61,475 bases of DNA from Octopus bimaculoides (taxonomy: Eukaryota): NCBI RefSeq assembly GCF_001194135.2, contig NC_068984.1, forward strand, positions 38,088,624 through 38,150,098, given 5' to 3'. The notes below the pieces were generated by a model. That model searched no databases, had not been told where the DNA came from, and worked only from the letters and a program-made list of their open reading frames with translations. The stretch's first letter is position 1. The number at the start of each line of letters is the position of its first letter. The position numbers and the translations under genes were made by a program. Shown here piece after piece: positions 26,290 through 40,000 of the stretch.

Positions 26290-29200
26290 ATTGCCTTTTC
26301 AACTAGTAGACTGTCACTCTAACAACTTATACAGGCATGACAGTCTATGGTTTAATACATTAGATTTGAAAGAGTCAATGACGAAACATCTATATGATCA
26401 CTCAACCTGCTAGAAATATCAGCCAAATCTCCTTCAAATCATACTCAACCATTTTAAGAAAGACAGGATACATTAAAGGATGTAACCTGGATGAACTATG
26501 TTAAAAAAAAAATGGTGGAACATTTTTGATCAAAGGTTGATTTGATTTTTGACAGACCTGGGGCTAAAAGAAACCCAACTAATTTAATATTGAAATAAGA
26601 CTTGGCTTGATAGACATAGATGCGTAATTGTCCAACCAAGATGTACATACATTATTTAAACATAATTAGATAGATAATTATACGAATATAGATGTATATA
26701 CATTGTGTAAACATGACTAGACAGATAGTTATCCAAACACAGGTCTCCAGACTCCAATTGTCCGTTTAGGTATGATTTCTATAGCTGGATGCTCTTCCTA
26801 ACATCAACCACTTCACAGAGTGTAATGAGTGCTTTTTACATGGTACCAGCGCTGGTGCTTTTTATGTAACACCATTACTGGCCTTCTTATGTAGCACCAA
26901 CACTGCTTCTTTTTACATGATATCAGCATCAGTGGGGTTGTCAAGTAGCTTGCAAGACAGAGACCTCTCAGCTGAGGGAAGTGGCTGTGTGTCAGGCGAG
27001 AGGTTTAAGTATGATAGAGGAACAAAGGCAGTCAGAGTGAGGGAGAGAGAAATATACGGTGCTGGAAATGTACTGGGACCTACCCACAGGGAACAGTGAT
27101 AATATAAGTAGTGCAGAGTGGATAGAGGGGGATGTTCCATTAGAGTGTGAGGGTTGAGGTTTAGAGATGAGGAAGACATGACTGTAACAAGTGATGGTGA
27201 GAGAAATTAGAATGGCTGAGAGGGAGGTGTGGTAGATATGTGAGGACATGGAGAGGCATGTAAGGGAGAGTGGAGAGAGCTGCGTGAGTGAGGTGCATGA
27301 AGGAGAGTGGAAGGGAGGGTCTGCAGCAGGTGGTCGTAGTGATGGGAAGATGAGTTGGGGGAGGGGAAGTTTTGACAGAGGACTGGTTATGTGTGTATAT
27401 GTGTGAGGGGGAGGGTGTGTCTATGAATGACATGTCTGTATGTATGGATGACCACTATTTTACTCAACTTGATGTGTCTTCTCAAGCCCAGCAAATCACC
27501 AGAAGTCTTGGTTCTTCTCATCTATGTGAAACTCAACATCTGTAGACCATTTGTTACCACTTCATCCCACATCTTCTGTGTCTAGTCCTTCCACATGTTC
27601 CCTCCACAATTAGAGATCAGCACTTTCTTCTGTAGCTGTCTTCACCTATACACATCACATGACCTTACCAGCACAGTCTTCTCTTTTGCACACTATATCT
27701 GATGCTTCTTAAACCCAACTTTTTTCTTAAATCATTTACACTCCATCATACATGCACACTGACATTATCCATCCAGCAGAGAATGCTGGCTTCATTTCTT
27801 TCAAGCTTCCATATGTCTTCTGTAGTCACAGCCTATGTTTCACTGCCATGTAGCATATCTGTTTGTACACAGGCATCATACAGTCGGCTTGTAATTTTGA
27901 ATAAGAAGCTCTTTGTTACCAACAAAGGTAGTAGCTCTCTGAACTTTGCCCAGCCTGTTCTTATCCTAGTAACTATACTTTCAGAGCTTCCTCCTCCACT
28001 GCTAACTTTGTCACCTTGGTAACAGAAGCTATCTACTACTCCTAAGAATCCCCTCCAGACATTTGAGGAAATCTGTTTTCTGTACATTCTTAATGTTTAA
28101 TGCACTTGTAGATCTGCCACACACAAATGCTACTTTCTCTGTTAACCTTCCTGCAATACCACTGCACCTTTTATGGATCCATAGCTTGCTCTAAGTACAC
28201 TGCGTATGGAATTTCTACATACACCTTTTCTATATATCAAGCAGGACCACCTCTCTGAAGGGATTAGTAATTTATCAGTTTTCCTACTTACTAGGACTTT
28301 GGTCTTTGCTAAGTTAACTCTAAGGCTCTTTGATCCCAGAACTTGCTTCCATGCCTGAAATTTTTTCTCTAGTTGATTCAGCTACGAGAACAAGGTCATC
28401 AGCAGAGAGAAGCTTCCAAGGGCTGCCTGTCTTAAATTTCTGTTATATCCTGGAGGACTATGATGAACAAGAGAAGGCTCAGAACTGATGCTTGGTGAAT
28501 TCCTAGGAATTCCTGATAATAGGTATGGGAGAGTGAGATGTGTAAGGGAAGTTGTGATATCTTTAAGCCTTTCTCAAGAATATCAGTGATATAACTGAAG
28601 AGAAAGGATCCCAACAGGTGAAACCAATTATGATCCATAATCTCACTCCTGCAGAAGCATTTGAATCCTACTTCCATATCATGTGTGAGTGGTTTAAAGT
28701 TGGGTTATATTAGAATTTGGTGACTTAAGTCAATTCTAACTGGAGTAGAAAGCTGGTTGTTGATTTAAATCCAGTAAAGTATTTACTGTTATTGCCGGTG
28801 GCACGTGAAAAAACATTCGAGCGAGGCCGTTGCCAGTGCCGCTGGACTGGCTCCTGTGCAGGTGGCACGTAAAAAAACACCATTTTGAGTGTGGCTGTTG
28901 CCAGAACTGCCTGACTGGCCCTTTTGCCGGTGGCATGTAAAAGCACCCACTACACTCTTGGAGTGGTTGGTGTTAGGAAGGGCATCCAGCTGTAGAAACT
29001 CTGCCTGATCAGATTGGACTCTGGTGCAGTCATCTGGTTTGCTAGTCCTCAGTCAAATCGTCCAACCCATGCTAGCATGGAAAGCAGACGTTAAACGCTG
29101 ATGATGATGATGTTAGTACCAAGCTAACCCTGAACAAGGAATTATATGATCAAAAGTATTTCAGTTTTTCTCATCTTGTTGTTTTTGTGTTGTCCTATGT

Positions 29201-30981
29201 GTCCTACCTTTCTTTTCTAAACAGGTAGGATGTAATCCGAGGAGACATTACTTGCTACTTCTAGTAGATTGACTGCCTAAAGTAGTGGTTTCCAACTAGG
29301 GTGTCATGAAACCCTCGAACTGTGATACTCAGCTTTTTCTCCAAGGACCCCTTTTATGTAAATGAATTTTCTCATTGACTCTAACCCTTTGAAAGTCTGT
29401 CTACTCAAACCATTTATTCACCAACAACTTTGGTCTTTGCTAAATTAACTCCGTTTCCCAGTTTCATCTCTCAGTTACAAGATGTGTCTGTGTGTGTGAA
29501 AGTGAAAGAGAAAGAAAGAGACTTAGTAATTATACAGTTGTAGTTCTTGAGAATTTTGAACACAGCCCATGCTCTCCCACCACTTAGCCATACTATATTT
29601 GTGAGTATCACATTGGGAACCTCTTCCCTTGGGTGTGATAGACAGTATCATGAGAGATGTAAGATTTCCCCCGAGGCTGCCATTTTCTCTATTGCAGTTA
29701 AACAAGAGTGTTGCATACCATAAATATAGAAATGAGAGAGATTGTGATGCAGCCAGTAAACATTAGAAACCACTGGAGTAAAGGTTTCTTCTTGTATAGA
29801 AATGAAGTAACTTTTAGAGTAAAAGACATCAGATAGTCATATTCTTTTCAAAATATGTTAGTAATAGAAAGAAGCAATTCCAGCCAGCCAGGTTACAAGA
29901 TGAGAATTATTAAACATTTGCTTCGTATGTAAGTATATAGTTTTTTTTGGGGGGGAGGGATGGGAGAGTTGTTACATTTGACTCTTTATCAAGTATTTTC
30001 ATCACAAATGGTTCCAAATGTTAGTAAAACAATAGCAAGAGTGACGGAAGGAAATTCTTTTAGAAATTGTTAATAATTTTGCAATATAAAAGTAGTTTTG
30101 TGTGCAGGAGTGGTTTTTACATAGGAGAGATTTTTGACTAATTTTGTAATATATCTTTAACCAAGGGAAGGTGTGTTCATTTGTTGTTTTTTTTTATCAA
30201 GTGTTTATTTCCTTTATACATTTGATGATTTTAAAAGGGGGCTGGTGTTTATTTGTGTGCATAAATGCAGGAACAAAATTTGCTTTGTGGAGTGCGAACC
30301 CAGGTCCAATCCAAGATGTCCAGTGTTTTCATTGCCCCACCACCATAAAATAAAAAAATTTAGGGAGTTTACTTGCACTCCCCAGGTCCTGGGCTGATGT
30401 TTGTGTGTGTTGGGGGTGGGGGGTAAGAATATTCTCCAAAATTAGGCTGAGCTGTTTGCTATTAAATCTCAAAAGTTGTGAGACTTTTCTATTGTATGAA
30501 TGAGAATCTTTGTGGCAACTAAACTGAAAAATAAACCAGTGAAGAATTCTACATTATTATCCAACCTGCTAAAAAAAAACAACCAAATCTTAAATTATAT
30601 CCTACTTTTTTAAAAAAAATAAGGACCTGCAAAAAGACTGGATGATCTCAACTAAATCATCTTTGACCAAATGTCTACTTGAACAGGTTTGACTTTCGAC
30701 CAAACACCAAAATTCCTATGAAATATCCATTATTTGTACATAAGTTTAATTTTTGCTCCAATCAAAATCCATTTAAAGCATTCTTTTATTTATTCTTTAT
30801 TCTTTTACTTGTTTTAGTCATTTGACTGCAGCCATGCTGAAGCACCGCCTTTAGTCAAACAAATCAACTGCAGGACTTATTCTTTGTAAGCCTAGTACTT
30901 ATTCTATCGGTCTCTTTTGCCGAACTGCTAAGTCACGGGGACCTAAAGTCAAGCAATAGTGGCGGGGATAAACACAGAAAC

Positions 30982-31018
<37 letters not shown>

Positions 31019-34000
31019 CAATGGACTTCTTTCTGTTTCCATCTGTTAAATCCACTCACAAGGTTTTGGTCAGCCCGAGGCTATAGTAGAAGACACTTGC
31101 TCTAGGTGCCATGCAGTGGGACTGAACCCAGAACCATGTGGTTGAGAAGCAAGCTTCTTACCACACAACCACTCCTGTGCCTATGAGAACTTTTTGTGCA
31201 AAATTCATGTACTGTGTCAAGAATAAATCTGCGGGCAAGTTATCGATTATGATTAAATTCATACACAAGACATAAGTGAATATAGAAGCCCCAAGTTGGA
31301 ATCCAAGTTCTGTGCCTAGTAAAAACTTAAAACATATCTGTGCATCTAAGCATTTTCTTAACTTTGTTTCAAATAAAGAAGACTAAATGAACTAAATTAA
31401 TTTTATTGTGACTTCTAGTGCAGAAGTAAATTAAATTCCATATAGTAGCTTAAAAAAAGAATATTTCTAATCTATGAAGATGTTGATTAGATAATATGGT
31501 TGCCCTACTTATTTGCTTAATTACATCAGATTTTTTTTTAGGAGTCTAGGTTAGATTAACTTCAAAGATTCTGTTCCAGCTGTCTCATCTTACATCACAT
31601 TGTGGAGAGGTAGAAGAAAAGAAATTTGGTTGGTCTTTTTACAGCAACTTATAATTGCAGCAGTCTGTAATTTGAAACAAAGCAATGCATAGCATTCCTG
31701 TTGGCAGTTAACTGTAGATGTTAGTTAATTATTGGAGAGATAGAGTGGAGTAAGTGAAGAAGTAGAAGCTATTGAGTGTTTTAATTATGGTGTATGTTTA
31801 TATAAAAAGCAGTTGTTTGGTGTAGTTTTATCAACATCCAATACAAGTTAGAGCAAGCAAACGTATGAAATCAGATCAGCCACTAGTTTAAAAAAATTTT
31901 TTTTTATTCTTTTCATGAATATTGTTAATTTCTCTTAAGTTTTTGTATTGAAGACTAAAGAGGGAGGCACAATCCCAAGTATGGGAACACACACAATACA
32001 CTTGTCTATTCTTTTCTTGATGATCTTGTGTTACTCTTCCTATAAACAATACTAAAGCTTTCTTAGTATCTCTTTCTTGGAAACAATGTATTCTTCAAGA
32101 ATCTATTCTAGCTTCAATTTCACTGCTCCAATTGCAAACCTGCAATAATAGAAATATAATATTCAATACAAAACGTCACCTATATATTCTTATCACTTAA
32201 GATATTGCTGAAAAAAATGGGTATATTTCATCATTTTTAGATTTGCTTATGAGAACACAATGTTGATAATAGGAGTGCAAATTTTTATGCAAGGAAGCTT
32301 TTAGCATCAAATTTGTGTTCTTTCTTTGAATATAAAGCACAATTTAAAGCTTCTCTTCATTGTATCAATAAAGTATGATTGTTGACATGTCAAAATTACA
32401 TTGTTTGCTCATATTTCTTGATCAAGTCTTTGAAAAACAACTACAGTAATATATTTATTCTCATGTATACTTCTACAACTCATTATCATAAAACAAATTA
32501 AATTTTGATTTAGAAAAAATAACTGAATTTTACTATTTGTTTTTGTAGTATTATTTTGAAATTATATAAACAAGAAAAAATTGTAATTCAACTCCTGTTG
32601 TGTGCAAAGCTGATTTGTTCTAGAACAGTGGTTTTTAATTTGGTTGATATTGCCTGCTTAGGCATTGTATGCTTATAAGAGGGCAGCAAATGTTAAGGGG
32701 TAAGGTGGGTTTAGAGGGATCATGATTTTTCTTAAAATATTTTCAAAGAAATCTTTGTTGGGATCAAACTATGAATCGGCCATTGTGTTTTCAGTGAGCA
32801 GAAAATATGATGGATGATCTGTCAAGATCAATATAATTTATAATTTTATTGTATAAGTTCTCATCTTCTTTCATAATTTCTATAAAATTTAACATAGAAA
32901 GCATTAATCCACAGAATTTTCTAAAAGTGTCTGTCATAGTAAAAGAAAATATGGATAATGAAAGAACAAAAAAAAAAGTCACTGAACAAAAATTAGCTTC
33001 TTTTTAATTGAAATAACCATTTTTTTTTCTCTCAAAATACATGAAGGGAACATTTGTAAAATAGTAGTGTCTGTGAAAGCAGGTGCTGAGCTACAAAAGG
33101 TTGAGGTGTTCTGACATACACACTATTGCAGCTATTCCCTGTATTCTAAGAATGTCGAAGAGTAGTTGTTTCACCTTCATATGGCTCTGAGCACAATTGC
33201 CATGTGTGATTTTGTGGATAGATCATACAGATTTTCAATGAGCAACTTTCAATCTCTTACAAACCACAATTCTATTAGATATCTGTGATCTGTTTGTATA
33301 ATTTTAAATAAGAATCTCTTTCTTATAGCAAAATGTTTAATTAGCTGTTAATATACTAAATACCAAAAATATAAAATAAAATACAAAATAAATAGAAAGC
33401 AGCATTAACTCATTCTGACAAAGAAAGCAACATGCTGTTAGCTTGTCAGAGAAAATGCTTACTGGTATTTTTTCTGAATCTTTACATTCTGAGTTTAAAT
33501 CCTACTGAGGTCAACTTTACCTTTCATTTTGGGATCAATGAAATAAATCCCAGTTTAGCATTGGGGTCAATGTAATTGATTTATCCCCTCCCACTGAAAT
33601 TGCTGACCAAAATTTGAAATCATTCATTCATTCTAACAACAATGGACCAAGCTGCTCTTTTTTTTTTCTTTTTTAAAAAATTTTTTTTTAGGGATGGGTA
33701 CAATCAACTAATTTAACTTCAGCATCTCAGCATATGAATAGTAGTTTTTCTTGGGAAGATGTAAAGTAGTGTTGATGGACTTTGAGCTTAGATTCAAGAC
33801 AGACAAGACTTAATATTGCAAACTATTTAGTCTGTTTATTCTAATTCACCACACTTGTAAAGAAGCAAAACAATAGCTATTTATTTATAGGAGTGGCTAA
33901 AGAGCCAAATGTAAATTCTGTCAGTAAATTTCTATTGTGTTAAGGCTCAGAGAGGCTGGAAGATAGAATCAATGTAGAGAATATAGTAATTATGTTCCTT

Positions 34001-37000
34001 TGATATATTTATTCTCATGTATACATACACATATTGAAGCATGCAACACATATATAATTATCTGGTTATTTGATAGACTATAGCTTGTTTTGTCTCAAGC
34101 TCTCACATACATATGTGATCCTGTCAACCCATCTAACTCATGCAGCCTATAACACTGATATTAAATGATCATGATGATAACATGCATACACACAGACATC
34201 TCAAAAGTAAATGAATTCTGCTCATTAGTATGATGCCCAAAAGAATTAACTCATTAAAAACTACACAAGGCATGGCTACTAAATACCAGGTTAACTATTT
34301 AAATCAGTGGTTCTCAACTGGGGTCCATATAAAATTTTTCTGGGGTTCATGCAACAAAGTAGTAAACTGGGGATCCACAATAATATTTTAAGGGCCCCAG
34401 AAAAAAATTTTGCTTTAGATGTTTGTATTGGTATTTATTGCAAGAAACAGCTAGGTTTCTTTCTCTGACATTTTACATTGTTCAACCGACACAAGTTAAT
34501 GTGTGAAAAACAAAATAGGAATTTTGAAAGAAGTATCTATAAAACTCGATTTTAAACACTGAATGGCTATGGGGATCCACCAGAATAAAATAGTAATCAA
34601 AGGGGTCCATAGGTAAAAGTTGGTTGAGAACCCCTGAATTAAATTATTTTGTTTCTAGAAATAAAGCTTTCAAAAACGATGATGCCTATTTATTTGAGAT
34701 GCCTGTATATATTACTTATGTGTGTGTGTATCTAAATAGATGGATTTGTATCACTGCTTTACCCCCCCACCCCACCCACGCTTGTTTGGTAATAGCAGAA
34801 AAAAACCATCATCATCATCGTCACCACAGTAACTACAATGGGCAATGCAATCCTTGATATACAAGGATGGTTACAACTGGAATGCCTTTGATCAAAAACA
34901 ACAGAGAATGTGATAAAAGTTGTTGAAGTTTTCCTTATGTATTAAATTGTTAATGTGCATGTGTAGTCAAGATGTCAACACTACTACTATTAACATTACC
35001 ATTACCACAAATTCCACTACCACTACTAGTACTGTTGCTGCTACTATCAATACTATTACATGACTAATGCTATCACTATTACAGCCAATACTATCACAAC
35101 TACAGTCCTCATCACTTCTACTACTATCACTTCTATTGACACTACCAACACTACAACAACCACTATCACCACTACCTCCTAGTATGACTCACCTCTATAA
35201 CAACCATCACTACTATGGTTATTAAGACCATACCACTGCTACAACCACTACTTCTATCCTCACTGTAACTACTACCATCACCACTATATCAATGCCGATG
35301 ACAATCCCACTACCAGAATGGTGGCCACAACATTATCAGATAGCATGAAGGGGTGTGTAATAGTAGTATTGCTGGTAGTACTAGTAGTGGTGGTAGTAGT
35401 GTTAGTGAAGGAGGACTTAGGTTTGTTTAACATCCTCTAGTTCTCACTTTCTCTTTTCATTATTCTCCCACACTATCTTTTCCTCTTGTATTTATACACA
35501 CACCACACATGTGCATGCAGATGGGAATAAATACAGATTGCTTGATTTTACATGTCACGAACTCTCACTTTCTATCTCCTCTTTTCTCTTCATACTTGTT
35601 ATTTTTTCATCCTCACTCCCTTTTCATCTCTTTATCTCTCTTTCTAACTTTGTTCATGCCTCTGTCTTCCTTTCCTGGCTTTGACATACACTAGGAAAAT
35701 AATGCAACTGTGTAATATAGCCTTTGGGTGGGCAATGGCTAATAAAATAAGTACCAAACTTTAAAAAAGTGGTGTTCTAGCATGGCCATAGTCCAGTGAC
35801 TGAAACAAGAAAGAGAAAAAAAATAAAGAAAATGTTTTAGAGAAGAAAAACTAAATTACTTGCTGGCATACAAGGAAATAGTGTTTGGATGACAAAAATT
35901 TTATTTGGTTATTCTTGGAAGTAAAATTAATATTTGCAGAAAAATAAAATGGTAAAAGATATGCATTCTTTATATTAATGTTAATTGCAAGAAAGAAAAA
36001 AAGTATATTTTAATTCTATTTTTTTTTATATTTTTCCCATCAGAGATAAATCTCCATCTTCTGGTTCTTCCACCCCAGTGAACAGAGATTCACCCGTCTT
36101 CAAACGTAAGTTTGGCATGAGGAAACGATCTTATTCAAAATCTACAAGGAATTCATTTTATATTGGAGATTCAGATGTATCTCATTCTTCTGAAAGCTTA
36201 AGTAGTCATCAGAATAAAGACGAGATATTAGATAAAGCACGACCAGCAAGTTTTCATCTTGAAGATTCTGAAAAATGGTTGGAAGGACATGTTCGATCTC
36301 TCTCTTTCCAGAAAGAGAACTCTAAGAAAAATTCAGATTATCTTACTAACAAAAGAATTAATGACAATTCTACATTGCTACAGGTTAGAGAAAAGCTAAA
36401 GGAGCACAATTCCTCGCCTGCTATTTGTGTACAGCAAAGAATTCATGACAACAGTTCAAGTTTAAGTGCTACACCTCCAGACTCTTTTCTTACAAGTAAT
36501 GTTTGTCACAGTATGATATCAAGTGTTTACAAGCAGACACTTCCATCTGTCACTACTGTAGAGGGGAATAATTTGCGGATCTATGTTGAAGATGTTGATG
36601 CTCAGAACATGCAAGTGGAAACTGAAGATGAAAACAGTTCTAGAACTGACCGTGAAAGTTCCTTCCAGTCTATTGAAGAATTGGAAACAGGGAGTCGGCC
36701 AGCTCATGATCCTCAAGCTGAAATCATCTCATTGTCAGATTCCACAGACACCAACTCAGACATCACTGCTCTTAGTGAACCTGTAGATTCTGACATTAGA
36801 AAAGAAAATAGTGACACTCCATGCACTTGTTTGGATCACCAGATTCAATTGTTTCTTGTTATGAAACATTTACAACATGCTGAACGGATTAGTTCAAGTA
36901 TCCAGGTAAGAAAGATCACTATTATTTCTTCTTAGCATACAACATATAGATTAGAAGAAATGCTAGATTTTAGAGTTCTACTAGTCTCAAAGTGTTTGCA

Positions 37001-40000
37001 TGTATAAACAGTTACCTGTAGATAAGTATGAACACTGATTAATGTATAAACAGTCACTGTATGAACACTGATTACATAAAAGTAATGTGTGAAAGTGTTT
37101 TGGCAAATTTTCTTTGAAGTTGATAAAAGAAGTACCAATTGATCACTGGAGTTGATAAAATCAACTTACTCCTGACCCCCAAATTGCTGGCCTTGTGCCT
37201 ATGATAGAAAGGATTATTATTTTGATTTGTCTCAGGTTCAGTGTTATTCTTGGTAGGGATTATGTGGTTAGCAGGTTACTACTTGTAACCTTAGGTATTC
37301 ACAAGTTTTCAGCAGTCTTTCAAGTGCTTTGGACCATCCTGATAATCTTTGCTATCCCAAAGAGACAAACTTTCTGTAAGAGCTCTACTAGGCATTCTAT
37401 TTCAATCTCCCTCAGCCATTTGTCTATATCTTGGCTTACTGATCCTAGTGCAACAATTATTATAGGCATGATCTTTACTGTTTACATGCTCCAAATTCTG
37501 CCTATTTCAAATTTTTGGGGATTGTATATTTTTTTGTCTTCCTTCCTCTTTCCTTATGATCCTGGAATCAAAAGGGCATGATGGGTACTTTTTTTCCCAT
37601 TTCATTCTTTTTCTTTTGCACTTTTAACTGCAATTTTGGTCATGATTAATAGCTTGATGGCAACCTGCTAGAGCTTGATCAGATGCTCCTTGGCTGTTGT
37701 ATGCGGCACCTTTACTGTTAACATCACCAGTCCCATTGGCGCAGTTGTGGTTATTATTTAATTTCGACATCACTCATTTAAAGGTAGCATTTGTAAGGTT
37801 GTGCAATCACCAGTAATTTCATCACGACACCATCACTAGGTGGGTTGCTAGCCAAGGCATTGATAATCCACACCTGCCCTTGTGTACACTGTTTTTGGTG
37901 CCATTTTTATTCAATCCATTGTATTTGACATTTTTATTATTATTATTAAGGTGGTGGGCTGGCAGAACTGTTAGTACACTGGACAAAATGCTTAGTGGCG
38001 TTTCTTAGAGCTCTTTACATTCTTAGTTCAAATTCTGCCAAAGTTGACTTTACTTTTGATCCTTTTGGTGTTAGTAAAATAAGTACTGGGTCAGTGTAAT
38101 TGATTAATCCCTCCCTCTAAAGTTGCTGGTTTTGTGCCAGAATTTGAAACAATTATCATTGTTATTATTAAGGTGACAAGCTGGCAGAATCATTTGCACA
38201 ACAGACAAAATGCTTCTATTCAGATATACTTAAATCACCGTTATCTAAATAATTAGCTAAAATATATTAATATCCTTTTTTGATACATTTCCTGACTTTG
38301 TATACAAAGTGAATATTTTTCTTAACCCTAAAGCTCTGCAAATAATAAAAAAAAGTATGATTATTGAGTTCTGATGTTCACATCCCTGATAATGCATTTT
38401 TTTCTGTGTTGGCTGATGGAAAATGAGTAAGTTGAAAAAGTTGCAGAACTACCTCATTAGTATTTATTTAGTACATTTCCAGTATAGCCATATTGTATGA
38501 TTTTTCAACTAGATGCTCTTTTTTTTCTTAGGTCAATGTAATCTCCCAAATTTTGAGTTTTCTTTAACTTTGATTACTACTAACTTTTACTTTTTTTTTG
38601 TTAAGTTTTTCACTCCTTATGGATTGTAGGCTATTAATGACTTTTCTCAACTGTTCTAGGCTCTGGACTGTATTTTCAGGGTCACTTCCTTAATATAGGG
38701 GGCTCCATATGTTTCTTTGAGGAAAGGGCTTCCTCTCCCAATTCTTGTTGGTTTTGGATTGTCATCAAAGCTTATGTGACTTTGATTTTTTCTAGGTCCT
38801 TGTTTGTCCTATGCAAACCCATTATCACCTCAGGAAAGAAGTGATATTAGTTTAGCCTCTAACCTGTAACCTATCCAGCACATGAGGTCTTACTAGGAGC
38901 TTGTATCCTGCTAGCATAGTGCTCAGGGTCATTGAGGTACACAAGCTACCACACCCTAACAAAGAGTGGACCTTGTGGTGGTCTACTTACTCCTCCCAAT
39001 TATTCTGATCAGCTTTTCTCACATTACATGTCCACATCTTACTTTCCATTCTGCTAGGCTGATGTTTTTAATTTTCTCCCATTTCTTTTATTTTCTGAGT
39101 TAAAAAACTTTATGTAAAATATAATTGAAATAACAGGTGTGTTCTTAATTTATTTGAAACTGGTGTGAATTTTGGAAATTTGAATTTTTGTTTTGTACTT
39201 AAAATGAGTGCTTGCTGTTTTTCAAAGACATCTGTATTTTTAATTCCATTTATTTTCAGTGTCAAATTGTCCAGCACATCATTGGAGAATATAGAGGTTT
39301 ACTAGTTTTGTCCACTATGAATATTTTTATTTTTCGGCTTCATGGAGCTAATCCTAGGTAAGAAATTCTGTAAATGAATAACTATAAAATAAATAAATGA
39401 ACAAATATTAAAAAAAGAACCCAGTTAAAATCACAATTAATTTCTAGTTTATATTTTAATTTGATAAATGCTTGAGACTCATCAATCATTGGCTCATACC
39501 CTATTGCTGACATTATATTATATATTTAAGAAAATACTTAAGAAGTTGATTGACAGAATCATTAGGATGTTGATCTAAATACCTACACTATTTAACCTCT
39601 TTATTTTCCAAAGTCAGTTTTACCATTCATCCTTCCATGTCTGAAAAAGTATGTCAAGTACTGGGGTCATTGTAATGAAATGTCCTAGATGTGAATGAAA
39701 TTACAATTGACAAAGACTTAACTTTATTGGCTTTACTTTTTCCTAGCAGAAGATTAAACATCTGACCTGGGAAATAATACCATGCTTGATGGTATATATG
39801 GTGCGCTTTTTTTTTAAAAATGTCTCAAAAAAAATCACCCTGTGTCCTATATGCAAAGTTGGGCCTATGTTACATGTTTTAAGGCACTAAAACTTTCTTG
39901 AATATGTACTGCTGAAATTGAGATATGTTTAATATGCCTGTGCATCTTTTATGCTATCAAATACCGTTATTCTGATGGAAAATTATTTGCCTTTCGTCTA

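Noticed and set aside
31920-33120. Possible decayed DNA-transposon coding sequence and hAT-like ends (32627, ~33110)
   Set aside because: No diagnostic catalytic motif, matched TIR pair or TSD could be confirmed.
34975-35405. Thr-rich mucin-like coding potential
   Set aside because: Degenerate trinucleotide repeat with stops and no splice context.
21674-36043. Additional exons in the 14.4-kb intron
   Set aside because: The candidate AG...GT segments examined (near 23625 and 25148) contain in-frame stops in the required phase 2; the flanking exons already join in frame.
37195-37581. 128-aa hydrophobic ORF
   Set aside because: Starts inside a family B fragment, has intronic T-rich composition and no recognisable domain; it may be antisense LINE debris.
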